Source of the DNA: Perkinsus olseni
Lineage: Eukaryota
DNA length: 64,000 bases
Reading direction: 5' to 3'
Assembly: GCA_013115125.1 (NCBI GenBank)
Contig: JABANN010000032.1
Coordinates: 1 to 64,000 of the forward strand
The notes under the pieces are model-generated. The model worked only from the letters and a program-made list of their open reading frames with translations, searched no databases and had not been told where the DNA came from. The translations under genes were made by a program, and so were the position numbers. This document shows positions 45,528 through 56,784 of this stretch, one piece after another (position 1 is the first letter of the stretch; every line of letters begins with the position of its first letter).

Positions 45528-47318
45528 TCACTCGTTGTGACTGAAGTCGGTGAACATAAACTCGTGGTTGAGGGCCTCCGCGGCGGTTATCCTTCGCGAA
45601 GGGTCGACCTCGAGACACCGCTCAACCAGATCAGCGAGCAACTCGTGACCAGAAGCCACCATGTACCGCAAGGGACGGCAATCGTGAATGTTCTGCAGAT
45701 GCTTGTGGTCGTGTATACCGTGCAGAGTCCACTGGGAGTATCGGTCTAACGTCAGTAGCTTCGCCTTCGACTCCGAATTAGAACGGCCGAGGTAATGCGA
45801 GCTGAATCTCCGATCCAAAACTCTCTGAAAGGAACAACAATCACCAACAAGTCCGATGCAGAACGATCGTTGACTTACTTCCATCATATGAAGATGCTCC
45901 AGATTGTCATGCGTCGGGAAGAGCAACTCGCCGCTGTAGGCCTCCATGAGGATGCAGCCCACACTCCACATATCCGATACTTCGTTCCAGCCATGGCCCA
46001 GGATGACCTCTGGACTCCGGTATTGCCGAGTATTGACGATTGAGCTATGATGGTCATCACGAAAGGTCCCGTTGCCAAAGTCGATCACTTTCATCTTGTC
46101 GCACTTGGGACGGAGATATAGTTTCGTACGGCGTCTCGAGTGGCCATCACACCCCCTTAGTCGTCGTGGAAGATCAGCCGCGTCGTATTCATAGCAACTG
46201 ACGTCATGCTTCGTCGTGGCTTCCATGAAAAGGACGTTCTCGGGCTTCAAATCAGTGTGGGTCAACTTCATCTCGTCGTGACAGAATTGCAGGGACTTAA
46301 ACAAGGCCCGAGCAAGAGCTTGGACGTCCGTCATGAAGAGCCCTCTGTAGTTGTTGGCCTTTATGAGGTCATACAGACTGCAGCCGAGGACTTCAAAAGC
46401 AAGGCAGTAGTATTGGTGATGGTAGAAGGTCTCGTACAGCCGAACTATGTGGGTCTCAGCATGCGTTAACCCCCACTTCTCCATGCGCCGGTTCAACCGC
46501 TGCAGGATTTCGGCCTCGATCTCAGCGGACTCCTTGTATCGCTGTACGTCACGAATGACTTTGACGGCGACCATCTGGTTGTTATAGTAAGTATCGGCGC
46601 AACCGATAACTCGTCCGAAGGTGCCATCACCGAGGTGCTTCATGCAGATGTAGCGGCCCTGCTCGCCAAGTCGATCGCCCCTCTTCCACTCAAAGTGAAC
46701 AATGTCATCGTCTTTGCTCTTAGCCGGGGGGTGATCACTCGACACGCTGCTTCCACCAGACGTACTAGAGTAACTCGCTGAGCTCTGCGTGTCATGATAG
46801 TGCTTCTTGCCGTAGTCGTCGTAACCCCTCGAGGACCATCTTGATGACCACCTAGTTGACCTCGTACCCCGATGGGAGCGGCTCCTCGAACCTCGCCACT
46901 TGTGCGAGTGCCTGCTCGATGCGTAGTAAGACGTACTCGAATACGGTCTGCCGTATCGGCTGTAATCTCCATGACGACTATTGTGATAGCACATTACAGG
47001 AGAGGATTGAAATGCATTCATGAAGAGCAATTGGAGGTGGGAAGATAGGCTTGGAACTGTTGTAAAAAGCGTGCGCCCAAGTAATCGATTATGCTTCACG
47101 GGTTGTTGGGTTGTCCCGTGTGAAGTACTGCGTGAATCTTGCTCGGAAAAGACGCCGGTATTCGATGAGCCAATTCTGAAACTCAGAATCGACTCTGTGT
47201 CCGCATTGTACATGAAGGAATCAATTCCCGAATCGATTCTGAGCTCCAGTAGGGGTTTATTGAGCAGGGGGTAGGTTGTCAGGCCGGGAAAAACCATATT
47301 TCTAAAGAATGTGGCCAT
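45528..47318 (-). CDS. CLK/LAMMER dual-specificity kinase with RS-rich N-terminus (true start may be 47021 or 46994; one in-frame intron near 45826-45880)
   Basis: LGDGTFG, HTDLKPEN, DFG, TRQYRSPE, EHLHMME|RVL (LAMMER motif). Confidence 0.92.
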   Translation of the reverse strand: MATFFRNMVFPGLTTYPLLNKPLLELRIDSGIDSFMYNADTESILSFRIGSSNTGVFSEQDSRSTSHGTTQQPVKHNRLLGRTLFTTVPSLSSHLQLLFMNAFQSSPVMCYHNSRHGDYSRYGRPYSSTSYYASSRHSHKWRGSRSRSHRGTRSTRWSSRWSSRGYDDYGKKHYHDTQSSASYSSTSGGSSVSSDHPPAKSKDDDIVHFEWKRGDRLGEQGRYICMKHLGDGTFGRVIGCADTYYNNQMVAVKVIRDVQRYKESAEIEAEILQRLNRRMEKWGLTHAETHIVRLYETFYHHQYYCLAFEVLGCSLYDLIKANNYRGLFMTDVQALARALFKSLQFCHDEMKLTHTDLKPENVLFMEATTKHDVSCYEYDAADLPRRLRGCDGHSRRRTKLYLRPKCDKMKVIDFGNGTFRDDHHSSIVNTRQYRSPEVILGHGWNEVSDMWSVGCILMEAYSGELLFPTHDNLEHLHMMEVSQRSFCIGLVGDCCSFQRVLDRRFSSHYLGRSNSESKAKLLTLDRYSQWTLHGIHDHKHLQNIHDCRPLRYMVASGHELLADLVERCLEVDPSRRITAAEALNHEFMFTDFSHNE

Positions 47319-47517
47319 TTTCTAAAGAACGTTCGCGCTCGCCCGGGAGAGGATTGGGACTACGCTTTCGCCTCTCGGATAACCTATGGCCTATAACCCT
47401 AGGCCTCCGGGTTTGAGGTGATGGTCGCCCGAAGGGCGACCTGAGTCGGGTTCCGGGTTGACGGGGGTTACGGTCAGTACTCCACTAGGTCTTTTTTTCT
47501 TCAGTTTTTCTCCTTCT

Positions 47518-47570
47518 TTAGATTTTCGCCCTCTTGCTTAGATTTTCGCCCTTTCGCTTAGATTTTCACC
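47518..47570. repeat. 20-bp tandem repeat, about 2.6 copies
   Basis: TTAGATTTTCGCCCTCTTGC / TTAGATTTTCGCCCTTTCGC / TTAGATTTTCACC. Confidence 0.85.
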
Positions 47571-48684
47571 GTCTACCTTGTCAGGCCAGTGCAACCAAGG
47601 CCATTTCATTTCACAGCCTTCCGAACGGGGATACCGGGCCCTGGGAGCGAAGGGGCTTTGCAAATGGTCGAGATAATCGCACCAGAGGTAAGAAGGTGGG
47701 TACCACCAAAATAGCTTCAACGATATTTTAGCCCAACTCTTCTAAGAAGTGCACCTAGTTTACTCTGGCGTCCTTTGAACCGCTCGACCCGCGTGGCGGC
47801 TCAGGCCTCTCGGTAGCTATGGTCAGGAAATATGGAGGAAGATATCGCATTCTAGTCCTACCTGAGAGCCGCCAATTGCTTTACTCTAATCGTGACCCGC
47901 TCGGAACAAGAATTTGTGAGGGTGGGGGCCTTCTAAAGCCGGCACCCTGACGGGAGGGTTACCCTAGATTTCATATGCAGTCTCTGAAATGTGTGATGTG
48001 CTGGCTGGGATCTCCAAGTTCGGTTACAGCGGTCTTGTCCCGGTCTCATATATACTTGGAGACCCTACTAATCCGCTTCACGCTGCTTGTCTTCAACGCT
48101 CGGCTAACGAACATGTTTGTGCCATTGACAGTTGTCCGGATAAAACTTTTCACTACTAAGTTCTTGCTGATAGTCACGCCCGGAGTAGCGCGCCGCAATC
48201 ATGCACACGGGCAAGCAGGCTGTTAGGCTGACAGGGAGTAACACATGATATCACGATTTTTCGTTTCTCGCCAGCGAGAAAGTTACTCCCTTTTTCATTA
48301 TGAGAAATTGTCTCGGCCGGTAAATAACTCGAGCACAGAAACTCGCAACGAGTATACACTCATGAGGAGCGGAAAGGGAAAGCGCTACCTTCCATAGGAC
48401 GCTGAGAGTGACGAGATTTTGGGATTGCCGCGGAGAGGCCCTCGCTGTGCAGATAGATGGACAACTGATCTCAACTCAAGAGCCTTTAGAGGGTACAACA
48501 AATGGTCTCATAGGATCTTGTGTTGTCTGAAGAAGCTCCTGAGGCTGCGCCTGCTAAGGCCAAGTGATGCTGGGCGGGACAGGAAATTGTGGTCAGCTAC
48601 ACTTGATATGCTGCGATGGCCGCGTAGATGATGATCTGCATAATTGCCGCCCACATAACTCGTCCGTTGACCGTCTCGGAAGCG

Positions 48685-49825
48685 TTACGGAAAATCTTGA
48701 GGTAACGTGGTCTGGACGCGGCATTGCGGAAGCCTGCCGTAGCCTACCTCTTCCTGATCACGCTCGTATTCATTTTCTGACACCATCCCCGTCACCCGGC
48801 CGATCAGGCTTTTCATCTTCGACGCTCTGAAGCAGCCAAGCCAGTTGAAATCTTCACAAAGGCAGCTATCCGTCAGAAGGGAAAGGTAGACGAGGCGCCA
48901 CCACTCTGGGCCGTAGCCCACGTAGTTTTGAAATCTCCACCAGTCGCTGCATCCACGGGCCCAAATGGCAAGCCTCCGAGCTCTGCCTCGTCGAGTGCAT
49001 CGATTGTTAAACTCCATTTCGTCCTGACCAGCAAGCGCAGTTCGACGCTCCACCTTCACTGTTGTTTGAAGCAGACGAACTGCATGCTGGGTGATGGTAC
49101 TTCGCCTTGCTCGATAGCTGAGCTTTCCATCGACGACCAACTTCCTCAAGACACATCGTACAGATGTCGTACTCACCACCTACATGCATGCAACATGCAC
49201 ATCCGAAAGATACGCCTGCCCTTCTCACCAAGCTTGGGCGAGAAGGCTTCTCGACCAGACTGTTGCGTTCTTGGGAGTGTGCGGATGATCGGCTGCGTTG
49301 GCTCTCCCTTCGCTTCGCCTTGATCAGTATGACGGGGCTCCAAACGGATCTCGCACCTCGACGGCATTACGGAGTTCCCACTCCAGAGTACGCGATTGGT
49401 TGCCAGAATAAGAGACTGGACGGTCACAGGCGCTGCTCAGTGGAGACCTGCACGCTGTGCCGCACGGCACACGCCTGTCCAGCTACATGATACATATCGT
49501 ATCCAGCGAGCCATTCTCAGCCCTTCGGACTCATACGGGTGTGGAGTTTCGCCGTGAGTTCATGATTGCCGTACGGAACTCCGCAAAAATTTCGAGACCT
49601 TGCTCTGCGATCATGAACGCTTCTAATACTTCAGGCCTTCTATCAACAGTTTCCTCGTAGACTACGTACAACTGTTACAGACCCATGACAAGCTGTTATT
49701 GGACCATGCGACACCTCCCGTGTGGCTTGAGCGTACTGTAACTCCATGTCTACGTCACTAGCCCCCTTCATCATCAATTGTGTGATTTTAGTGTACTTCA
49801 CCGCTAGGGCCACTTCCGCGGCCAT
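48685..49825 (-). CDS. Hypothetical spliced protein or degraded gene
   Basis: Protein-like segments (MAAEVALAVKYTKITQLMMKG..; KLVVDGKLSY..WWRFQNYVGYGPEWWRLVY) with no recognised family. Confidence 0.3.
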
Positions 49826-50731
49826 GTGCTGACTGAAAATAGCGACAAACTTCTGCGGTATGATAGACTAACAGCCTGTACGCCTACTGGAAGCACATTT
49901 GCTGACCGGGAAGGGTGTAAAAATGCACGCCGAGGGTTTGACAAAGTAAACAGGCAGCAGGTAGGTAGAGCAGGATGAGGGACATTATCGAAAAACGGTC
50001 TTGTTATCCTATCTCATAAACGGATAGTCCGGACCTGTTTTCAACGATAGCCTGATAGCGTTACGTAGAAGCTCAGGGAAGTTCGGCTCCTGCATGCTGC
50101 GACTAATCGAAAGAGAAGAGTCTATCGCACACCCACAATGCGTGATTCACTTTTCTCGAGTGCCCGATGAGCAGAATGAAATGAGCCTCCGCTGGGTAGC
50201 GACTCTTCTCCACAGGAGAGGCTGTATGCTATACCCAGACGAAGACGCAAAAGAGGTGTAAGGCGGGTCAGAGAGGACGCGGAATAGCCCAGCAGGACAC
50301 GATGCAATCGGGCCGGCGCCATCTGGTTCTACTTTCATTCTGCTCACTTTGTTGCTGCCACGATCAACCAAGTTCTATCTTGCCGCCAATAACTTCCCAG
50401 CGATACCTCTGCCGGAAGAGGTTGACGAGTACCCAACAACGGTTGTTGGTTGGTTGTTGAACAACCCGAAGGAATTAACGTGAACCCGCACACCCTCCTC
50501 GGATTAGCTGGAGAAACATCTCCTATTACTTAGCAAAGGTTAGCCTAAGCAATGGCAATGAACATAGCGATGACAGAATAGAAGCGCCTCCTCGACGCAC
50601 TGGGCCGACTGATCGTTCGAACAAACAGCCGACCCTTTCGTTCCGCGGCACAAGTAAAAGCGCCGGAGAACAGGCAATACGAATAATGTGAAATAACAGT
50701 CAAGTGAGAACAGAGGCAAGGGGGCATCATT

Positions 50732-52495
50732 TTATGCACCCAATGCAGAATCACGGATCTCATCGGCCTCCTTCTGAGTGGTCTTATAACGAAGTCTCAA
50801 TCCAGCAAACTGCTCAGGTGTGGCTTGGAAGTCTTGGAAGCCAGCTGCACGAAGCCACTCAGTTGATGGACCATAGCCAACCTGAGTGTAACCCCAATCA
50901 GAATAACCATTCTGATATTTCCCAAGAAGAGTATAATGCAGATTGAGCCACTTCTCGGTAACATAGTCGCCGAAGTCAGCCATCTGCGACTCAACTTCAT
51001 CAGGGGTTTGGGTGGCCATCATCACATCAACTTGATGCTCGATCTCGTACTGAGCCTTCCTGACGTCATTGATCATGTACATGTACTTGAGATCCATGAC
51101 GTTAGAGACAGCCTCAGTCGCCCACCAGAGAGACTTCTTGCTGAACTCACCCTGCCAAGCATACTCGAGAGCAGGGATAGACTTGACAGTCTGATCGTGT
51201 TTGACAATAATAGGAATGTAGACACTTGCATGAGGGGTCATGGGGGCGAAATAAATAACATTGTAGTCCTTGTACGTAACAGCAATGTAAGAATACATAG
51301 TACGGTAAAGAGAGATTGCCCTTTCCCAAGCACCGTGCTGGAAAGTAGCCTCAGCACGTCCACCAGCATACCTGTTGGGAGTCTTGAAGGGACCGCCAGC
51401 AACGACATGATCAGTCAAGTCATAAGCAGTTCCCTCCATATGATCTCTGTAGAGACGCTTCATGAAGTCGATGGTGACGGGTTCATCGGGCTCCACTGAG
51501 AAGGGGTAAGTCGGATGGTCCCACTCGACGCCAAGGGTGGGGTCAAGGTTGAGCGAAGGGGCGAAAAGAGAGAGACCCCTCCATACACGACGACCGGAGT
51601 AATAAGGGTTGTTGTACTCGCTGACACTGTACGTGGCAGCAAAGTCCAAAAGACCCTCACCATTCCACCAACCAAGTCTCAAGGCAATATCGAAGATGTT
51701 GTCGGAGAACATAAAGTTGTCACCATCGGTAGGGTCGATCTCCCGAATCACGAAGACGTTCGGGACGATAGTCGCATGACCCTTGGGGACCCTTTGAGCC
51801 GCCCACACCGCACCTTCAGCGGTATCATCAGCCAGGATGTGGAAGACCCAGACCTCCGTACCATCGGCAATAGTCAAAGCCTCACCAGCCTCCTTCACAC
51901 CAACAGAACCATAGAAACCGTGCTCCTCAGCGAGCTTACCCATAGTCTGGATGGCACATCTGGCGGTTGAGCAAACCTCAAGGGCGATATCAGACAACTC
52001 GCCGACCCAGAACAAGGCACCGCTGCCGTTCGGGCCCTCTCCTTTCGGAACAGAACTCAAACGGCCGCTGCAACTACTCTCCCCCATGGACAGACCAGCT
52101 TCGTTCATAACACCGTAAGCGGCATCCCAGTAGCCGTAAGTTGTCCCTTCAGGCATGTCAATATACCCGATGGGGACACTGGGCTTCTGGTCCGGGGAGG
52201 TCGGGGCGTAGCTGGGGGCTCGAGAGGCATCGACAATCCTCGGGTAGTTTTGAAACTGCTTGTAGACAGCCCTCTTCTCGCCTGGCCCATAAGTCTCCGG
52301 AGGGACGTGTACCATTCGGAAATCAAGAGGACTTCCATCGGCACTGGTCGCAGCGATGCACCCGCCGTCAGCGGTGGCGGCACAATCAACAGCAGTAGCT
52401 GTACAATGGTCATGATCTAGACGATCACGAGGCGCAGAAGGGGCCGCTGCGCTCAGACCGGCCGAGGCCAATAGAGCCAGCGTGAGTGAAAGCAT
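50732..52495 (-). CDS. Peptidase family C69 (dipeptidase/secernin-like Ntn hydrolase), secreted, intronless
   Basis: Signal peptide MLSLTLALLASAGLSAA; CTA nucleophile; MNEAGLSMGESSC; TARCAIQTMGKLAEEHGF; GEALTIAD; WAAQRVP. Confidence 0.9.
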   Translation of the reverse strand: MLSLTLALLASAGLSAAAPSAPRDRLDHDHCTATAVDCAATADGGCIAATSADGSPLDFRMVHVPPETYGPGEKRAVYKQFQNYPRIVDASRAPSYAPTSPDQKPSVPIGYIDMPEGTTYGYWDAAYGVMNEAGLSMGESSCSGRLSSVPKGEGPNGSGALFWVGELSDIALEVCSTARCAIQTMGKLAEEHGFYGSVGVKEAGEALTIADGTEVWVFHILADDTAEGAVWAAQRVPKGHATIVPNVFVIREIDPTDGDNFMFSDNIFDIALRLGWWNGEGLLDFAATYSVSEYNNPYYSGRRVWRGLSLFAPSLNLDPTLGVEWDHPTYPFSVEPDEPVTIDFMKRLYRDHMEGTAYDLTDHVVAGGPFKTPNRYAGGRAEATFQHGAWERAISLYRTMYSYIAVTYKDYNVIYFAPMTPHASVYIPIIVKHDQTVKSIPALEYAWQGEFSKKSLWWATEAVSNVMDLKYMYMINDVRKAQYEIEHQVDVMMATQTPDEVESQMADFGDYVTEKWLNLHYTLLGKYQNGYSDWGYTQVGYGPSTEWLRAAGFQDFQATPEQFAGLRLRYKTTQKEADEIRDSALGA

Positions 52496-52799
52496 TTCTA
52501 CCGAGCAAATGAAAAAACTACTAACAAGACGGTGAATACCAAGCCAAAAGATGAAGAACAATATCCGAGAACGGTATACGAATAGCCACTGTTTGCATCT
52601 TCTGAGCTAGCCATGGCTATGATACATAGAGCTTTGCACCGTGGGACAGAGGATGATACTCTCCGTAGCGTGCAGCAGCGCACATCATAGTAATCAGGGG
52701 CTTGGGAATGTAAAGAGGATACCCGCACATATCATCACCCTTATGATAATAAACACAATCTCGACATGACGAGTTGACAACCCGTCGGTGTCGACTTCG

Positions 52800-54648
52800 C
52801 GCTGGCATGCAGCCGGAGTTCCGAAGCTGATGGATCGCAGGAAAGTCATGCAAGAGCGGGTTGGCAAACAGTCTTGTGATGAGGCCAATGCTGTCTCTGA
52901 CAGCTCCCAGTGCAGTAGCGCTGGGCATGACAACGAAAGCAGACCTGATGTGGTGAACATCAGCCATGCTGGGCAGCCAGCGGGGCATAAGCAGTAACCC
53001 ACCATGGGCGACCCCGTCGCACCGCATGAGCCGCATCGCATCAACTCCCTCTGTATGTCGCTGTGAATGGTATGATCAGCAGGAGGCGACTCTCCAGTTG
53101 ATGGCCAAGCCGAGTCGTACGTCAGGTCCAGCGGAAGGTATCCGTACCTTGGAGTGCTCGAACGCGTTGGACAAAAAGGGTTCATACCCCGATGGAGTTG
53201 TTGCTGTTCGTGCGAGTGGCGAAGCACCGTGCGCAAGGAGAGCGCTCACGATCGGCAAACTCGTATGTGTCTCCGCCGCGAAATGAAGTGCTGTGTACCT
53301 TGAAGGTGGACTAGGGAGGTAGACGGTCCATAATGACCTGCCTGACCCTTCATAGCTCGATCCGGCATCTCGACAGGGGGCATTGATCTTTTCAACCACC
53401 GACTCAATAGTCAATAGCAGCTGTACGATGTCCGTACCTCCGAGCGAATCGGCACGTCACCGAGGGAAGAAGATCGAAAAAGGTGGTATTCACCTTCACT
53501 GCCGTTCTGGCATGCCGCCATCAGAGGGGTCAATCCTTGAGGAGGAGAGGGGGCATTCGGATCGGCCTGGAGGTTATGCGAAGTACGCTGGCAGACCGAA
53601 GACGAGCCTACTCTGTGTCTCAGGAGCAGCTTCACCAGATCAAGGTTGCTTCGACGAATGGCGACGTGTAGGACGGTTGGGTGGGTGTGGCTGATAGCGT
53701 CACTCCCGACGAATCCAGGAATCTTAGGTTGATGATAGCATTTCACGGTCTGCTCTCTCGAACAAGACTTCACCTTGCAGGTTTCTTCTCGAAAGGTAGC
53801 CTGGAGTAGCATGTCAGTAACTTTCACAGAGTTCATGTGAGTTGCCATGTGGAGCGCTGTCCAGCCTTCAGGGTGGTCACCGGTAACAGAAGCCGATAGG
53901 TCGAGTAGCATACGCACTGTATCATCATGCCCATGGAACACCTAGGGAGAGCAGAGCTAGGCTGCTGCCTCAGTGTCTGGTGGTGACGACGCCGACTGGA
54001 AGCCCCATGCGTTTCGATGGGTGATCGTCATCGCTTCGGACTACCGCCGTTGTTAGAGGAGTCAAGGACGGTCTTTCCGGATCCTCATAATTGACCGTGG
54101 AGGGGCTGGCTCCGGCGAGCAACCGGACGACCGTCGAGTCCCCGACCATACACGCAGCGATGACTGACTTTCCCAGAGCTTCCTCAGACCAGGGTACTCT
54201 ACCCGGCCCGTCAGGATCGCCGATCGGCGAGTGATGGCTCAGGAGGAGGTCCACCTAAGGAGGGTGATGGCATCAGAAAGTCAGTAGGATGAGAGCCTAC
54301 TAGAGAAGCGCATCCACTCCGGACTGCCAAGACCAGTGGCGACGGGATCTCCGGGCTTGCCAAAGTAGGATGCCTCTCTTCGAAGCTCGACAAGAGTAGA
54401 CGGGCAGCATCAACGTCGCCTGAGACGTAATGTGAAGTCACTCTCTCATTGTGGTCAACTCACCCACCACTCTGGCATGCAGCGTGCAGTGGCGTTAAGA
54501 GCACATGGTCACTCTCCCCCTGAGAAAGTTGAGACACTGGCACCTCTAGCGATTTCAAGATACTGACCTCCCTAGTGAATGGAAGCGTGCTGTAGATATC
54601 GATGCACTGCACTGATACCTCTTCTGATCGGTTAGTGTGATCGGCCAT
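52800..54648 (-). CDS. Ankyrin-repeat protein (multi-exon; 3' end approximate)
   Basis: TPLHAACQSG, SPLVLAVRSG, GWTALHMA, TVLHVAIRRSNLDLVKLLL, TPLMAACQNG, TALHFAA. Confidence 0.85.
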
Positions 54649-55094
54649 TTGGGTGATGATGATGAAAGAACGGCACAGCTGATAAGCACTCGAGTGCCCG
54701 CCCTCTTCACACGCCTCCGAACGCATACTAGTTGACCAACCTGCAATAGGCTGGAGAGATATATAAAGGGGCGTTGACTGCTGACCTAATGGGGTCTGGT
54801 GGATGGCCCGAAAGACTGCCCGACCATACAAGGTCGCGGCTTCCTCGAAGCTCCATTTTCTTTATAACCCGAGCCAAGACCACCAAGTGCCCCATGAACA
54901 CTCTGCTGACTCTCACAAGTCCTGGACTCCAGCTCATTTTCTAAGCGAACTGCTGTGTACAATTTCTACCGCGTTCCGAGCGGGTGGCTGGTCGGGTGGG
55001 TGACCACACAAGAGCTGTCTGTTATGAGCTTTACTGCTACACAACAACCGAGTTGCGCTTCATTGAGAAGTACTAAAACATGATAGCTTCAATT

Positions 55095-56542
55095 CTAGAA
55101 CGCTTCATCTTTCCAGTGACACAACCCGCACGTAACAACCAGCCTGCCGTCTCTTATCGTGAACACTGGTGTCTGCTCACAGCGACCATCTTCAAGATGA
55201 CGACGGACAGCTGCATGCAATGACGGTGCGATATCGTCCTCTAAGCTCAAGCCTGAGGTGATAGCGTAACCCACTAGAGCAGGGCGGTGACAGTTCCCAC
55301 CAGGTCTTCCCAAACGGAGCCTCATATCGAGACAGTTCTCACACCAGAGGAGACCGTCAGAGCGGCTGAGACCCAGCTTGCCGCGAGAACACAACGGGCA
55401 GGGAACTCCCCCTTGGGTCGCCATATGAGACAGGTATCTGCTCAGTCGCAGTCGTCAGGCTCGGGGCGCAGCGAAAATGAACAAGTCGCTCACAACTCTT
55501 CAACAGCAGCTTGCAACTCCATCTCTTCAATTTCATGCAGACGGCAAGCAGCGAAGTCTGAGAAGAACTCCTAGCAGCAAACGGGACAGAATTGTGCACG
55601 CGTGCAACTGCCATACCAAATTTTCCCGAACGCTTTCCAAATTCCACATACAGGCACTGTGCACTGTCATATTATTCCGGGAGCTCTCTTATGTTCGTGT
55701 GGCTTGAACGCGGTAGCGTGTGTTAAATTCGCCTGGAGTGTAGCATAATAGAGTGTGGTTCCCACGTGAGAGGTCCAAGTCGTGTAGAGCTGTAGTAGGC
55801 CCCCCTTCGACAATACCCCGACCCCGCAAGGCAGCGCCTTGGCGATTCCCAAGAAGGCTAATCTCTGAGGTAGTTGCGAAATGGAAGGACGGAAACAGTC
55901 GGAGACTCCCAAAGCTGGCCCGCCGGTGATGTCAATGATGACTCCCGAGCAGGGCCAAGCTCCCGGCCTGACTGAGATAGTCGGCCCTTTTCGCATACGT
56001 TATCCGACCCCTCATACTCGTACACTTGAGTACAGCTGCACGAAAAGGTGAGCATCGGGGCGAGGGCAAGGGCGGACTCCCTCCTCCTCACCACGAGATT
56101 CCGCGTCGCTATCAAGTCGCTCGAGTTGGTCTCTGAGGTCTTCCTCCAGCAGTCGTGCAAGATCGATCCAATCTTCACCAGCCAGGACACCGACATCATT
56201 GTCTTTCCGGAGGTTGCTGAGCTCGCTACCAACCGCCGCCGCAATGATCTGCCAAAACCATCAATACTGAGCAGCCACCCAACCCGGCAGAGTCGAACAG
56301 GAGTAGCAGCGCAGGCGCTGGCGACCTCAGACTGGCAAGTATCTTGCACTCCCCTAATCTGATCGATTATGGACTTCCTACTCGCTACCAGTCGCTGCAG
56401 GCATGCGACTCTGTATCTGGGTAGATTGCGTACGGGACGGTGTCGGTCCCAGTGAGGCTGCTGACCTGTCCTTCAGCTCCCGTGGCTGCCGGCCGGCCCG
56501 TTTAACAGAGATGCGAGTTGTGGGATGGTGAAGTGTGGGCAT
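55095..56542 (-). CDS. RPAIN: RPA-interacting protein (RPAIN/RIP) homolog (multi-exon)
   Basis: N-terminal YRVACLQRLVASRKSIIDQIR, acidic middle, C-terminal Zn finger CPLC..CENC..H..C..P.F..CGLC. Confidence 0.72.
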
Positions 56543-56784
56543 ATCCGGAGATAGCGCGTACGTAACTACAACAACAGCGCAGCAGGAGCCACAGGGTTGG
56601 TCGAGAGGACTCCTCCGGGTAGATGGAGGTCTGCCTCCGACGGGAGCAAGAGAGCTTGACCAGTCTCCGGAAGACTGAATAAGGAGGACGAGATTACCAC
56701 GAACGATGGGATGGCATTGACGATAACATGACAACCCTCCCTTGAGAGAAACAGTAAAGTTAACAGGCATAATGCACGGGCTTC

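Noticed and set aside
47385..47470. TAACCCTA and GGGTTN hexamers as telomeric repeats or a telomerase template
   Set aside because: Not tandem and degenerate; too little evidence to call telomerase RNA
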